The translations under genes were made by a program, and so were the position numbers. A DNA stretch of 64,000 bases from an uncultured Burkholderiaceae bacterium (lineage in GTDB: Bacteria > Pseudomonadota > Gammaproteobacteria > Burkholderiales > Burkholderiaceae_C), in contig CAZJBX010000009.1 in assembly GCA_964544605.1 (NCBI GenBank), forward strand, positions 3-64,002, written 5' to 3'. The notes under the pieces are model-generated. The model was not told the DNA's origin, searched no databases, and saw nothing but the letters and a program-made list of their open reading frames with translations. Below, one piece after another: positions 51,453 to 60,094 of the stretch (position 1 is its first letter; the number at the start of each line of letters is the position of its first letter).

Positions 51453-53609
51453 ATGACCGAGCTACACAATTCACAGCAAGAACTCAGCCGCTTTCAACGC
51501 CGTGTGTGGGTGGCGGCGGGGCTGATGCTGCTGCTCTTTTCCTTGGTCTTTGTGCGTTTGGTGCTGCTGCAAGTGGTGCGGCACGAGGGCTTTGCCCAGC
51601 AAGCCGAGCGCAACCGCACGGCAGTGGTGCCCATCGTGCCGCATCGGGGCTGGATTTTGGACCGCAACGGCGTGGTGCTGGCCAGCAACTACTCGGCCTA
51701 CACCCTTGAAGTCACGCCCTCTGAGCTGGCGGGTAAAGACTTGGAAGTTTTGATTGAGGAGCTGTCTGAGCTGGTTCACATCAGCCCCCGTGACATCAAC
51801 CGCTTTAAAAAACTGCGGGCCGAATCCAAGCGCTTTGAGCCGATTCCGCTGCGTATGCGCCTGAGCGATGAGGAAGTCATGCGCTTTACTGCGCAGCGTT
51901 ACCGTTTCCCTGGGGTTGAAGTGCAGGCACGCCTGTTCCGCAGCTATCCCTTGGCAGAAACGGCCAGCCATGTCATTGGCTACATTGGCCGCATCAATCA
52001 GCAAGAAAAAGACGCCATTGCCGAGATGGAGGCCGAAAAGCGCGCCAACTACCGGGGCACCGACCACATCGGCAAAACGGGCATTGAGCAAAGCTATGAG
52101 GAATTGCTGCACGGCACCACAGGCGCTGAACAAGTGGAAACTTCGGCCGGCGGTCACGCCCTGCGTTTGCTCGGCTCTGTGCCGCCCAAGGCGGGTGAAA
52201 CCATCGTTCTCAGCATCGACATCAAACTGCAAAAACTGGTGGAAGACATGTTTGGCGACCGCCGTGGCGCACTGGTGGCGATTGAGCCGAACACAGGCGA
52301 GGTGTTGGCCTTTGTCAGTAAACCCACTTACGACCCCAATTTGTTTGTGGACGGCATCGATGTGGAAAACTGGCGTGCCCTCAATGAATCCCTCAACCGC
52401 CCCCTCATCAACCGTGCCCTGCGCGGCGTTTATCCGCCTGGCTCCACCTACAAGCCCTTTATGGCCTTGGCCGCTGTGCAACTGGGCTACCGCACACCCA
52501 GCACAGTGGTGAATGACCCTGGCTACTGGATGCTGGGCAAGCACCGCTTCCGTGGGCATGGCGTGGGCCGTGTCGATATGCGCCGCAGCATCGTCAAATC
52601 CAGCAATGTGTATTACTACTCCTTGGCCCATCAAATGGGAGTGGAGGCCATGCACGACTTCATGGCCCCCTTGGGCTTTGGGCAAAAAACGGGCATCGAT
52701 TTGCAGGGCGAATCCACCGGCGTGTTGCCCAATCAGGCTTGGAAGCGCAAGCGCTTTGGCAGCGATAAAAACCCCCGCCGTGGCGACTGGGTGGCGGGTG
52801 AAACCATCTCGCTGGGCATCGGCCAAGGCTATAACAACTTCACCATCTTGCAGTTGGCCCATGCCACGGGCACCTTGGTCAATGGCGGCATCAGCCGCAC
52901 ACCCTATTTGGCCCAAGGCACGCAAGACATGGCCACGGGCGAGCGCCGCCCATTTGCCCGTACGCCTGCCAAAACAATGGGCTATCGGGCCGATTACCTT
53001 GAGGCCATCAAAGAGGCCATGGTCGGCGTGACGACCGAGGGCACGGGGCGGCGCGCCTTCTCAGGGGCCAAATACCGCAGCGGCGGCAAAACGGGCACGG
53101 CCCAAGCCGTGACGGTGGGGCAAAAAGAGCGCTACAACGCCGCCAAACTGGCCGAGCACCAGCGCGACCACGCCCTCTACATCGCCTTTGCGCCCGCTGA
53201 GCACCCCACCATTGCGCTGGCCGTCATTGTGGAAAACGCAGGCTTTGGCGGCGACCAAGCCGCGCCCATTGCCCGCCGCGCTATGGACTACTGGGTGCTG
53301 GGCCACTACCCCAGCGAGCAGGACATGCAGCTCATCCGCTACGGCAAAGCTGGCCCGCCTGTGGGCCAGCCGCGCATTGCCGCAGAAGTGCCCTTGGTGC
53401 CACACCAAAAAACCTTGGTGCTGACCGAAGAAGGCCGCTTGGCCGAAAGCGAAATCACCCCCGCACCGCCTGAAATTGAAGCCCTGCCCGATGCCAGGCT
53501 TGAGCGCGAAGACGACGAAGCCGCAGCCGCTGGAGCACCGCCCGCCGCCTCACCCACGGCGGCTGCTGCGAGTGCAGCGGCCCCAGCCCGCGCCCATGCC
53601 GCACCCTGA
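51453..53609 (+). CDS. mrdA: Penicillin-binding protein 2 (elongasome transpeptidase) with a ~90-aa Ala/Pro-rich C-terminal tail
   Basis: SxxK STYKP, SxN SSN, KTG KTGTA. N-terminal TM anchor. Follows mreBCD. Confidence 0.93.
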   Translation: MTELHNSQQELSRFQRRVWVAAGLMLLLFSLVFVRLVLLQVVRHEGFAQQAERNRTAVVPIVPHRGWILDRNGVVLASNYSAYTLEVTPSELAGKDLEVLIEELSELVHISPRDINRFKKLRAESKRFEPIPLRMRLSDEEVMRFTAQRYRFPGVEVQARLFRSYPLAETASHVIGYIGRINQQEKDAIAEMEAEKRANYRGTDHIGKTGIEQSYEELLHGTTGAEQVETSAGGHALRLLGSVPPKAGETIVLSIDIKLQKLVEDMFGDRRGALVAIEPNTGEVLAFVSKPTYDPNLFVDGIDVENWRALNESLNRPLINRALRGVYPPGSTYKPFMALAAVQLGYRTPSTVVNDPGYWMLGKHRFRGHGVGRVDMRRSIVKSSNVYYYSLAHQMGVEAMHDFMAPLGFGQKTGIDLQGESTGVLPNQAWKRKRFGSDKNPRRGDWVAGETISLGIGQGYNNFTILQLAHATGTLVNGGISRTPYLAQGTQDMATGERRPFARTPAKTMGYRADYLEAIKEAMVGVTTEGTGRRAFSGAKYRSGGKTGTAQAVTVGQKERYNAAKLAEHQRDHALYIAFAPAEHPTIALAVIVENAGFGGDQAAPIARRAMDYWVLGHYPSEQDMQLIRYGKAGPPVGQPRIAAEVPLVPHQKTLVLTEEGRLAESEITPAPPEIEALPDARLEREDDEAAAAGAPPAASPTAAAASAAAPARAHAAP

Positions 53610-54666
53610 TTGCATTATCGTAGGCGCTGGCTTGGCAGGCGCTTGCGCCGCCCGAACCCTCGCCTTGGCAGGGCAGCAAATCTTGCTTTTAGATGCCGCC
53701 GCTGGCCCTGCCCAGGGCGGTGCATCGGCCCTGCCCGTCGGCCTCATGGCCCCCATCAAAGGCGGCAAAAGCCACGCCGCTGAAGCGGGCCAAGCCGACT
53801 GGGACGCGCAAGGCATGGCCACCACCCACGCATGGCTGCGCGAGCTCACAGCCCAAGGCCGCCTGCAACAAGGCCAAGACTGGCAACCCTGCGGCAGCGC
53901 CGAACGCGCGCCTGATAATGCGGGCGGCTGGCTCTGGCAGGCCGATGCCGCCTGGGTCAAACCCCAGCGCCTGGCCACCGCTTGCGCCCAAGAAGCGGGC
54001 GTGCATAGCCGCTACAACACGGCGGTGCAAAGCCTGCACCATGCAAACGGCCTGTGGCAAGTGCAACTGGCCAGTGGCGAGTATTTGCAAGCGCCCTGCA
54101 TCTTGCTGGCTGCTGCATGGCCCAGCCAAACCCTGCTGCAAAACCTCAAGGCCGCCGCCCTGCCCCAGCCCACAGCCCTCTTGCAGCGCCTGCAACATAA
54201 AAAAATACTCAACCCCACGGCCGGCCAAGCCATCTACGCGCCCTGGCAGCCTGAATGGGCCGAACACCTGCCTTTGCACAAGCAACACAGCCCCCACGCC
54301 TGCAACGGCCACGGCCACTTCGTGCCTGCCGTGCCTATGGGCATGGGCCAAACTGAATACTGGCTCAGTGGCGCCACCTATGTCCACCAAGCCAGCGCCA
54401 ACGCCGCCAACAGCGCCGAAGGCGAAGCCGCCAACCTACAGCGCCTGAGCGAACTGCTGCCCCAGCTTGCCCCCCATGTGCAAGCGCAACAGCAAGTGGG
54501 TTTATTGCAACGCTTCAACGGCCTGCGCTGCACCACACCCAGCCGCCGCCCCATCGTCGGCGAACTGGCCCACGGCCTCTGGCTGGCCGCAGGTTTTGGC
54601 TCACGCGGCCTCAGCCACGCACCCCTGGCGGCGGAGCACCTGGCGCAGCGCATTGTGGGGCGATGA
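53596..54666 (+). CDS. FAD-dependent oxidoreductase (DAO family; resembles the MnmC oxidase domain)
   Basis: ATG 53596 overlaps the mrdA end. Dinucleotide motif CIIVGAGLAGACAA..LLLD. C-terminal GFGSRGL. Confidence 0.65.
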   Translation: MPHPDCIIVGAGLAGACAARTLALAGQQILLLDAAAGPAQGGASALPVGLMAPIKGGKSHAAEAGQADWDAQGMATTHAWLRELTAQGRLQQGQDWQPCGSAERAPDNAGGWLWQADAAWVKPQRLATACAQEAGVHSRYNTAVQSLHHANGLWQVQLASGEYLQAPCILLAAAWPSQTLLQNLKAAALPQPTALLQRLQHKKILNPTAGQAIYAPWQPEWAEHLPLHKQHSPHACNGHGHFVPAVPMGMGQTEYWLSGATYVHQASANAANSAEGEAANLQRLSELLPQLAPHVQAQQQVGLLQRFNGLRCTTPSRRPIVGELAHGLWLAAGFGSRGLSHAPLAAEHLAQRIVGR

Positions 54667-54705
54667 TGAAGCGGTGGGGGCAGGGGGTGCCGCAATAAAA
54701 GATTC

Positions 54706-54790
54706 GTCACTGCGGGCTTGACCATGACGAAACAGCCGCGTCACTGCGGGCTTGACCATGACGAAACAGCCGCGTCACTGCGGGCTTGAC
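54706..54790. repeat. 34-bp tandem repeat, 2.5 copies (GTCACTGCGGGCTTGACCATGACGAAACAGCCGC)
   Basis: Units start at 54706, 54740 and 54774. Only the third unit continues into the intact H2 hairpin (54777-54797). Confidence 0.85.
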
Positions 54791-54920
54791 CCGCAGTCTC
54801 TGTTGCTGATTGCGCTGCCGAAGGGTTGAGATCGCGACTCGGAGGCTGCCATGACGAAGCAGGGCGAAAATGCTTTAAGCCCCACGCCTTTTGCGCATGG
54901 CCTCGGCCAGTTGCGGCAGC
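54758..54920. repeat. Left copy of the ~164-bp direct repeat flanking the DpnI-like cassette; includes H2 hairpin and a decayed copy of the aroG 3-prime end
   Basis: Hand alignment with 55884-56047 gives ~88% identity. Minus-strand reading of 54876-54920 gives LPQLAEAMRKRRGA*, versus the genuine aroG end LAQLAEAVRQRRGV*. Confidence 0.85.
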
Positions 54921-55057
54921 TTAAAGGGCAATAAATTGGGCCAAAAAAGCGGGCCGTGCATAAAAGGCGCGGCTGGTGCTGCCGTGCCCCGCGCCTTTGG
55001 CCAAAATGCTAGACTGATTCATGCTCATCGCTTCAACGATCCAAACTGTCTGTCTCT

Positions 55058-55825
55058 ATGCAACTGAGTTTTCGCCCCCATCTTGCTGCGGCTTATAAAA
55101 GCCCCGCACAAATTGCCCGTGTGTTGACTGAAGAATGGTTAAGTCGGGAGGTTTATTGTCCCAATTGTGGGGAGCACCCTTTAAAAGCATTTCCAAACAA
55201 CACCCCTGTTGCTGATTTCTTTTGTGCCAACTGTGATGAGGAGTTTGAGCTGAAAAGTAAAAAAGGAAATTTAGGACATCACATCAACGATGGCTCCTAC
55301 AAGGTCATGCTAGAGCGCATTCAGGCAGAAAACAATCCTCATTTTTTCTTCTTAAATTACGGCGCAGATTGGCAAGTCCAGCAGTTGCTATTGATACCAA
55401 AACATTTTTTTACACCAAGCGTTATTGTCGCGCGAAAACCTCTGACCGACACAGCCAAAAGAGCAGGCTGGATAGGTTGCAAAATTGACTTGACCAAACT
55501 GCCTTCTGCTGGCCATATCTTTGTGGTGCGGGAGGGTAAAGCCTGTCCTCCTGAACAAGTCCGAGAGAATTACCGAAAGACCCTATTTTTAGGTCAACAG
55601 AAAGTCAAAAACAGAGGCTGGACCTTGAGTGTGATGCACTGTATTGAGCGTCTGAATAAAGAGGTTTTTAGTTTGCAAGAACTCGATTTCTTTGTTCCTG
55701 AGTTGCAAGCGCAATACCCCAAAAATAAATTCATACGAGAAAAAATCCGTCAGCAACTTCAAATTCTCAGGGATCAAGGTTGGTTAGAGTTTCAGTCGCG
55801 CGGGGTTTATCGGAGGATATTTTGA
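55058..55825 (+). CDS. DpnI / Dam-replacing-protein family methyl-directed (type IIM) restriction endonuclease
   Basis: 255 aa. CPNCG..CANC Cys4, PVADFFCANCDEEFELKSKKG (D..ExK), NNPHFFFL, RKPL..AKRAGWIGCKIDL, C-terminal winged-helix-like REKIRQQLQILRDQGWLEF..RGVYRR. Collinear with my recollection of S. pneumoniae DpnI. About 38-40% G+C in sampled lines. Confidence 0.85.
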   Translation: MQLSFRPHLAAAYKSPAQIARVLTEEWLSREVYCPNCGEHPLKAFPNNTPVADFFCANCDEEFELKSKKGNLGHHINDGSYKVMLERIQAENNPHFFFLNYGADWQVQQLLLIPKHFFTPSVIVARKPLTDTAKRAGWIGCKIDLTKLPSAGHIFVVREGKACPPEQVRENYRKTLFLGQQKVKNRGWTLSVMHCIERLNKEVFSLQELDFFVPELQAQYPKNKFIREKIRQQLQILRDQGWLEFQSRGVYRRIF

Positions 55826-55883
55826 TTTCTTCATCTGACGAAGGCGTTTAAGTTGAAAGCCGAAATGTCAGTTCAAGTCCGGC

Positions 55884-56047
55884 ATGACGAAATAGCCGCG
55901 TCACTGCGGGCTTGACCCGCAGTCTCTGTTGCGGATTGCGCTGCCGAAGGGTTGTGATGGCGGCTCGGTGGCCGCTATGAGGAAGCAGGGGCGAAAGCGC
56001 CTTAAACCCCACGCCTTTGCCGCACGGCCTCGGCCAGTTGCGCCAGC
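55884..56047. repeat. Right copy of the ~164-bp direct repeat; overlaps the genuine aroG 3-prime end
   Basis: See 54758-54920. H2 hairpin at 55903-55923. Confidence 0.85.
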
Positions 56048-57078
56048 ACGGGCTGGGTTTGCTCAAAGCTGATGCAGGCGTCGGTGACGCTGATGCCGTA
56101 GGCGGGTTTTTCGCCGTTTTTCACATCTTGGCGGCCTTCGTGGATGTGGCTTTCAATCATGACGCCAGTGATGCGGGCGTCGCCAGCGGCGATTTGCGCG
56201 GCGACATCGGCGGCGACTTCAATTTGCTTGGCGTGTTGTTTGCTGCTGTTGGCGTGCGAGAGGTCGATCATGACTTGCGGGCGTTGCTGGGCCGCTTGCA
56301 GTTGTTCGCAGGCCGCTTGCACATGTTCGGCGCTGTAGTTGGGCGCTTTGCCGCCGCGCAAGATGAGGTGGCAGTCGGCGTTGCCGTGTGTTTCAAAAAT
56401 GGCGGCCAGGCCCATTTTTGTCATGCCCATGAAGGCGTGGGGGCTGGCTGCGGCTTGCAGGGCATCCACGGCGACTTTGACGCCGCCATCGGTGCCGTTT
56501 TTAAAACCGACGGGGCAAGACAGGCCGCTGGCGAGTTGGCGGTGGCTTTGGCTTTCTGTGGTGCGCGCGCCAATAGCACCCCAGCTGACCAAGTCGCTGA
56601 TGTATTGTGGGCTGAGCAGGTCTAAAAATTCTGTGCCCACGGGCAGGCCGAGGTCGAGCACATCCAGCAGCAGGCGGCGCGCGAGCCCCAAGCCTTTGTT
56701 CATGGCGAAGCTGCCGTCCATATCGGGGTCGTTGATATAGCCCTTCCAGCCCACGGTGGTGCGGGGTTTTTCAAAGTAAACACGCATGACGATGAGCAGG
56801 TCTTGGGCGTGTTTTTCGGCTTCCATTTTCAGCAGGCGGGCGTAGGCCATGGCTTGCTCGTGGTCGTGGATGGAGCAAGGCCCGACGATGACGAGCAGGC
56901 GCTCATCTTGGCCGTGGAGGATGGCGGAGATGGCGGCGCGGCTGGATTCAACCAAGTCAAGCGCGGCTTGCGGCGCAGGCATCCATTCTTCCAACACGGC
57001 AGGGGTGACGAGGGGGCGCACGCATTTGATGCGCAGGTCCTCAACGCGGGTTTGGTCTTGGGTGCAGGGGGTGTTCAT
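56002..57078 (-). CDS. aroG: Class I 3-deoxy-7-phosphoheptulonate (DAHP) synthase
   Basis: LLVIVGPCSIHD, KPRTTVGWKGYINDP, IDLSHANS motifs. The isozyme (F/G/H) cannot be assigned from sequence alone. ATG at 57078. Confidence 0.92.
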   Translation of the reverse strand: MNTPCTQDQTRVEDLRIKCVRPLVTPAVLEEWMPAPQAALDLVESSRAAISAILHGQDERLLVIVGPCSIHDHEQAMAYARLLKMEAEKHAQDLLIVMRVYFEKPRTTVGWKGYINDPDMDGSFAMNKGLGLARRLLLDVLDLGLPVGTEFLDLLSPQYISDLVSWGAIGARTTESQSHRQLASGLSCPVGFKNGTDGGVKVAVDALQAAASPHAFMGMTKMGLAAIFETHGNADCHLILRGGKAPNYSAEHVQAACEQLQAAQQRPQVMIDLSHANSSKQHAKQIEVAADVAAQIAAGDARITGVMIESHIHEGRQDVKNGEKPAYGISVTDACISFEQTQPVLAQLAEAVRQRRGV

Positions 57079-57082
57079 GGCT

Positions 57083-57871
57083 TTATTCCTTGGGGGTGTC
57101 GGCGGCCTCGTGTGGCACAAACCAGCGCGCCAGCAACATGCCCAGTTCGTAGAGCACCATCATGCAGGCGAGCAAGATGAGCATGGACAGGGCATCGGGC
57201 GGGGTGATGACGGCGCAAATGACGGCTGCGGCCAGCAGCACATAGCCGCGCCAGGCTTTGAGTTGTTCGAGCCGCACAAAGCCAAAGCGCACGGCGAGTA
57301 TGACGACGACGGGCACTTGAAAGGCGGCGGCAAAGGCCAGATAGAGGTTCAAGATGGTGGTGACATAGGAGGCCACATCGGGCATGGCATTGACGGATGG
57401 CGGCGAGAAGCTTTGAATGAAGCCGAACATATGGCCCAGTACAAAAAGCTGCACAAAGGCAATGCCGATATAGGCCAAGGCGCTGCCCAAAAAAATCAGC
57501 GGCAGCACAAAGCGCTTTTCATGCTTATAGAGGCCGGGGGCGACAAAGCGCCAAGCCTGAAACATGACCCAAGGTAGGGCCAAGAGCACGGCGGCAATCA
57601 GCAGCACTTTCAGCGGCACCACAAAGGGCGAGAGCACGCCGGTGGCGATGAGCTTGGCATCGGCAGGCATATGGGCGCGAATGGGGCGGGCCAGCCAGTC
57701 CATCAGTTGTGCGGGGCCAGGGTAGATGGCCAGCACGATGAGCATGGCGATGATGCCGTAGGCGCTGTGCAGCAGGCGGTCGCGCAGCTCCAGCAAATGC
57801 GCCACAAAGGGCTGTTCGCTGCCCGCAAGCTCATCTGCTGGCTCAGTGGGTGGGGGCAAAGAGGCGGTCAT
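57083..57871 (-). CDS. tatC: Twin-arginine translocase subunit TatC
   Basis: FVAHLLELRDRL start region, six TM helices. ATG 57871 overlaps the tatB stop (ATGA). Confidence 0.92.
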   Translation of the reverse strand: MTASLPPPTEPADELAGSEQPFVAHLLELRDRLLHSAYGIIAMLIVLAIYPGPAQLMDWLARPIRAHMPADAKLIATGVLSPFVVPLKVLLIAAVLLALPWVMFQAWRFVAPGLYKHEKRFVLPLIFLGSALAYIGIAFVQLFVLGHMFGFIQSFSPPSVNAMPDVASYVTTILNLYLAFAAAFQVPVVVILAVRFGFVRLEQLKAWRGYVLLAAAVICAVITPPDALSMLILLACMMVLYELGMLLARWFVPHEAADTPKE

Positions 57872-58308
57872 CGGCGGTAGTTTTTGGGGCGAAAGCGGGC
57901 CACGCGGGCCGCGCCCGATTGCACATAGCGGCGCGTGCCGTGGCTGGTTTTGTACCAATACGGCAGGGCGGTGCGCTTGGTGCGCCAGTTTTTATTGGGG
58001 TGGCGGTATTGCGGCGGGGCGGTGTCGGCCTCAGCTTCGCCGGCTAGGGCGCGGCGCAGTTCTTCGGCGCTGGTGCTCAGGCTGTGCCCAATGTCGCGGG
58101 CCTCGGCCTCTATGTCAGCTTGCATGGCTTTGAGCTCATCGAGGGCAATGCTGTGGTTGATTTCGCCTTTGATATCGGCCAACGCGCGTTGCGCCTTGCC
58201 CCACCAGCGGCCAGCGGTGCGGGCCACGGTGGGCAGTTTTTCAGGCCCCACCACAATCAAGGCCAAGGCCCCGATGATGGCGAGTTTAGAAAAGCCAAAG
58301 TCCAGCAT
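57868..58308 (-). CDS. tatB: Twin-arginine translocase subunit TatB
   Basis: MLDFGFSKLAIIGALALIVVGPEKLP N-terminus. Lies between tatA and tatC. Confidence 0.9.
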   Translation of the reverse strand: MLDFGFSKLAIIGALALIVVGPEKLPTVARTAGRWWGKAQRALADIKGEINHSIALDELKAMQADIEAEARDIGHSLSTSAEELRRALAGEAEADTAPPQYRHPNKNWRTKRTALPYWYKTSHGTRRYVQSGAARVARFRPKNYRR

Positions 58309-58338
58309 ATCTTGCTTTAAGCCAATGTAAGCGCCCGC

Positions 58339-58557
58339 TTACACCTTCTCTTTGCTTTCCACATCAATGGTGTCGGCGGTTTTTTGGCTGCTGTTGTTGC
58401 TGAGCTTGTCGGCCTCCTCGCCTTCGCGCATACCGTCTTTAAAACCTTTCACGGCGCTGCCCAGATCTTTGCCCACGCTGCCGAGTTTTTTGGTGCCAAA
58501 CACCAGCACCACAATGACCAGAACAATCAACCAATGCCATACAGATAAGCTGCCCAT
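58339..58557 (-). CDS. tatA: Twin-arginine translocase subunit TatA
   Basis: [33 protein letters not shown]. 72 aa from ATG 58557. Confidence 0.9.
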   Translation of the reverse strand: MGSLSVWHWLIVLVIVVLVFGTKKLGSVGKDLGSAVKGFKDGMREGEEADKLSNNSSQKTADTIDVESKEKV

Positions 58558-58630
58558 AAGCTGGCCTTTCTTGCTAAAAATAAAAATTGTTGCAGTGCCA
58601 CATTTTACGGCCGTGGCGCAAAGAGGCCGT

Positions 58631-59197
58631 TCAAGGCAGGCTTTGGTAAGCGGGCGCAGGCACTTTCTCGCTTGTGCCCTCGGCGTCAAACATCAGCGCC
58701 TTGCCCAGCCGCAGTTGCACCCATTCGGGGTAGCGCCAGTGGCTGTCTGCGGTGGCGGTTTTGATGCCGATGGGAAAGCCAATATTGATGCCGACCCCGC
58801 CACGAGAGCCGCCGCTGCCCAAGCCGACTGCGCCATACACGCTGCTGCTATTGCCCGCGCCCACGCCTTGCGCTGTGCCCGCACGGGGGCGCAGGCGGGC
58901 GGTGGTGGGCTGCTTGCTGCCCGGTGCTTCGCAGTCGATGCTCAGGTCTTGGTTAGAGCGCGTGACCACTGCCGGCTCGCCCGTTTTAACGACGACAAAG
59001 CCGTGCGGGTTAGAGAGGCGGCAGTTCAGGCCCGGCATGGGCAGGCCCTGGGCATCGAGCACTTCGACCCGCAGCGTTTGCTGCGTGGCGCTGAGGCCGT
59101 CGGCGTTTGGATTGCCCGTGCCCGCGCAAGCGCCCAATACGAGGGCGAGCACGCTGGCAGTGCCTGCGCTGAGGGCCAGTTGGCGTAAACGGTTCAT
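58631..59197 (-). CDS. Hypothetical lipoprotein
   Basis: Lipobox LVLGAC after [18 protein letters not shown]. Gly-rich C-terminal half. No family recognised. Confidence 0.6.
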   Translation of the reverse strand: MNRLRQLALSAGTASVLALVLGACAGTGNPNADGLSATQQTLRVEVLDAQGLPMPGLNCRLSNPHGFVVVKTGEPAVVTRSNQDLSIDCEAPGSKQPTTARLRPRAGTAQGVGAGNSSSVYGAVGLGSGGSRGGVGINIGFPIGIKTATADSHWRYPEWVQLRLGKALMFDAEGTSEKVPAPAYQSLP

Positions 59198-59296
59198 GGG
59201 CGGCGCTCCTTGTGTGGGCTTGAAAGGGAAAGCAACAAGTGTAGTGTTTTGCACCTGCGGCTGCAGGGCGGCGGTGCAAAGACTTATCATCGCCCC

Positions 59297-60094
59297 ATGT
59301 CTGTTTGCACCCCTGATTTGCCCCCCCAGCCCGATGCCGATGAGGACGGCCTGCTGCGCTACAGCCGCCATTTGCTGCTCGATGACTGGGGCTTTGAAGC
59401 GCAAAGCGCCATAGCCAGCAAAACTGCCTTGGTCTTGGGCTTGGGCGGCTTGGGCTGTGCGGCGGCGCAGGCTTTGGCCAGTGCGGGCGTGGGTCGCTTG
59501 CTGCTGGCCGATGGCGATACCGTGGAGCTGTCGAATTTGCAGCGCCAATTGCTGCACGATATGGATAGCCTGGGCATGGGCAAAGCGGCCTCAGCGCACA
59601 AGCGCTTGGCAGCCATCAACCCCAGTATTGCCTACGAATGCCTGCCCACATTTTTAGAAGGCGCGGCGCTGGCTGCTGCCGTGGCGCAGGCCGATGTGGT
59701 GCTCGATTGCAGCGACCGCCTGAGCACGCGGGTGAATTTGAATGCCGCTTGTGTGGCGGCGGGCAAGCCCTTGGTCAGCGGCTCGGCCATCCGCTGGCGT
59801 GGGCAGTTGTTTGTGTACCAGCCCGGCCAAAGTGCGCCCTGCTACAACTGCCTGTATCCGCAAGAGGGCGAGGACAGCGTGCAGCCGCCCGATGAGCCCT
59901 GCGCCACCATGGGCGTGTTTGCGCCGCTGGTGATGCTCATTGGCAGCCTGCAAGCGGCGCAGGCTTTGAAGCTGCTGGGCGGCCTGCCCGTGCCCACGGG
60001 CGAGCTGCGCCTGTTGGATGTGCTGGGCGACGGTGTGCAAACCGTGCGCCTGCCGCGCCAGCCCGATTGCCGCGTTTGCGGCGGCGCGGCTTAG
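59297..60094 (+). CDS. moeB: HesA/MoeB/ThiF-family adenylyltransferase (molybdopterin-synthase adenylyltransferase-like)
   Basis: RYSRHLLL, GLGGLGCAAAQALASAGVG, DxD..SNLQRQ, CxxC pairs (CYNC, CRVC). Confidence 0.8.
   Translation: MSVCTPDLPPQPDADEDGLLRYSRHLLLDDWGFEAQSAIASKTALVLGLGGLGCAAAQALASAGVGRLLLADGDTVELSNLQRQLLHDMDSLGMGKAASAHKRLAAINPSIAYECLPTFLEGAALAAAVAQADVVLDCSDRLSTRVNLNAACVAAGKPLVSGSAIRWRGQLFVYQPGQSAPCYNCLYPQEGEDSVQPPDEPCATMGVFAPLVMLIGSLQAAQALKLLGGLPVPTGELRLLDVLGDGVQTVRLPRQPDCRVCGGAA

Noticed and set aside
51471-52925. Very long antisense ORFs opposite strongly recognisable genes. Examples: 51471-52925 (-) opposite mrdA, 34731-35870 (+) opposite surA, 45636-46697 (+) opposite gatB, 46913-47911 (+) opposite gatA, 15547-16629 (+) opposite the TgpA-like gene, 38777-39775 (-) opposite amgK, 41705-42832 (-) opposite DUF445, 29601-30620 (+) opposite guaA, 61707-62681 (+) opposite the reductase.
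   Set aside because: Their translations are Ala/Gly/Arg/His/Gln-rich with no recognisable motifs. They are fully nested opposite genes with clear family signatures. Long stop-free antisense frames are expected in DNA of about 60% or higher G+C.
54706-54807. Possible CRISPR array suggested by evenly spaced 34-bp repeats.
   Set aside because: The units are directly abutting tandem copies with no unique spacers, there are only 2.5 copies, and no cas genes are in the window.
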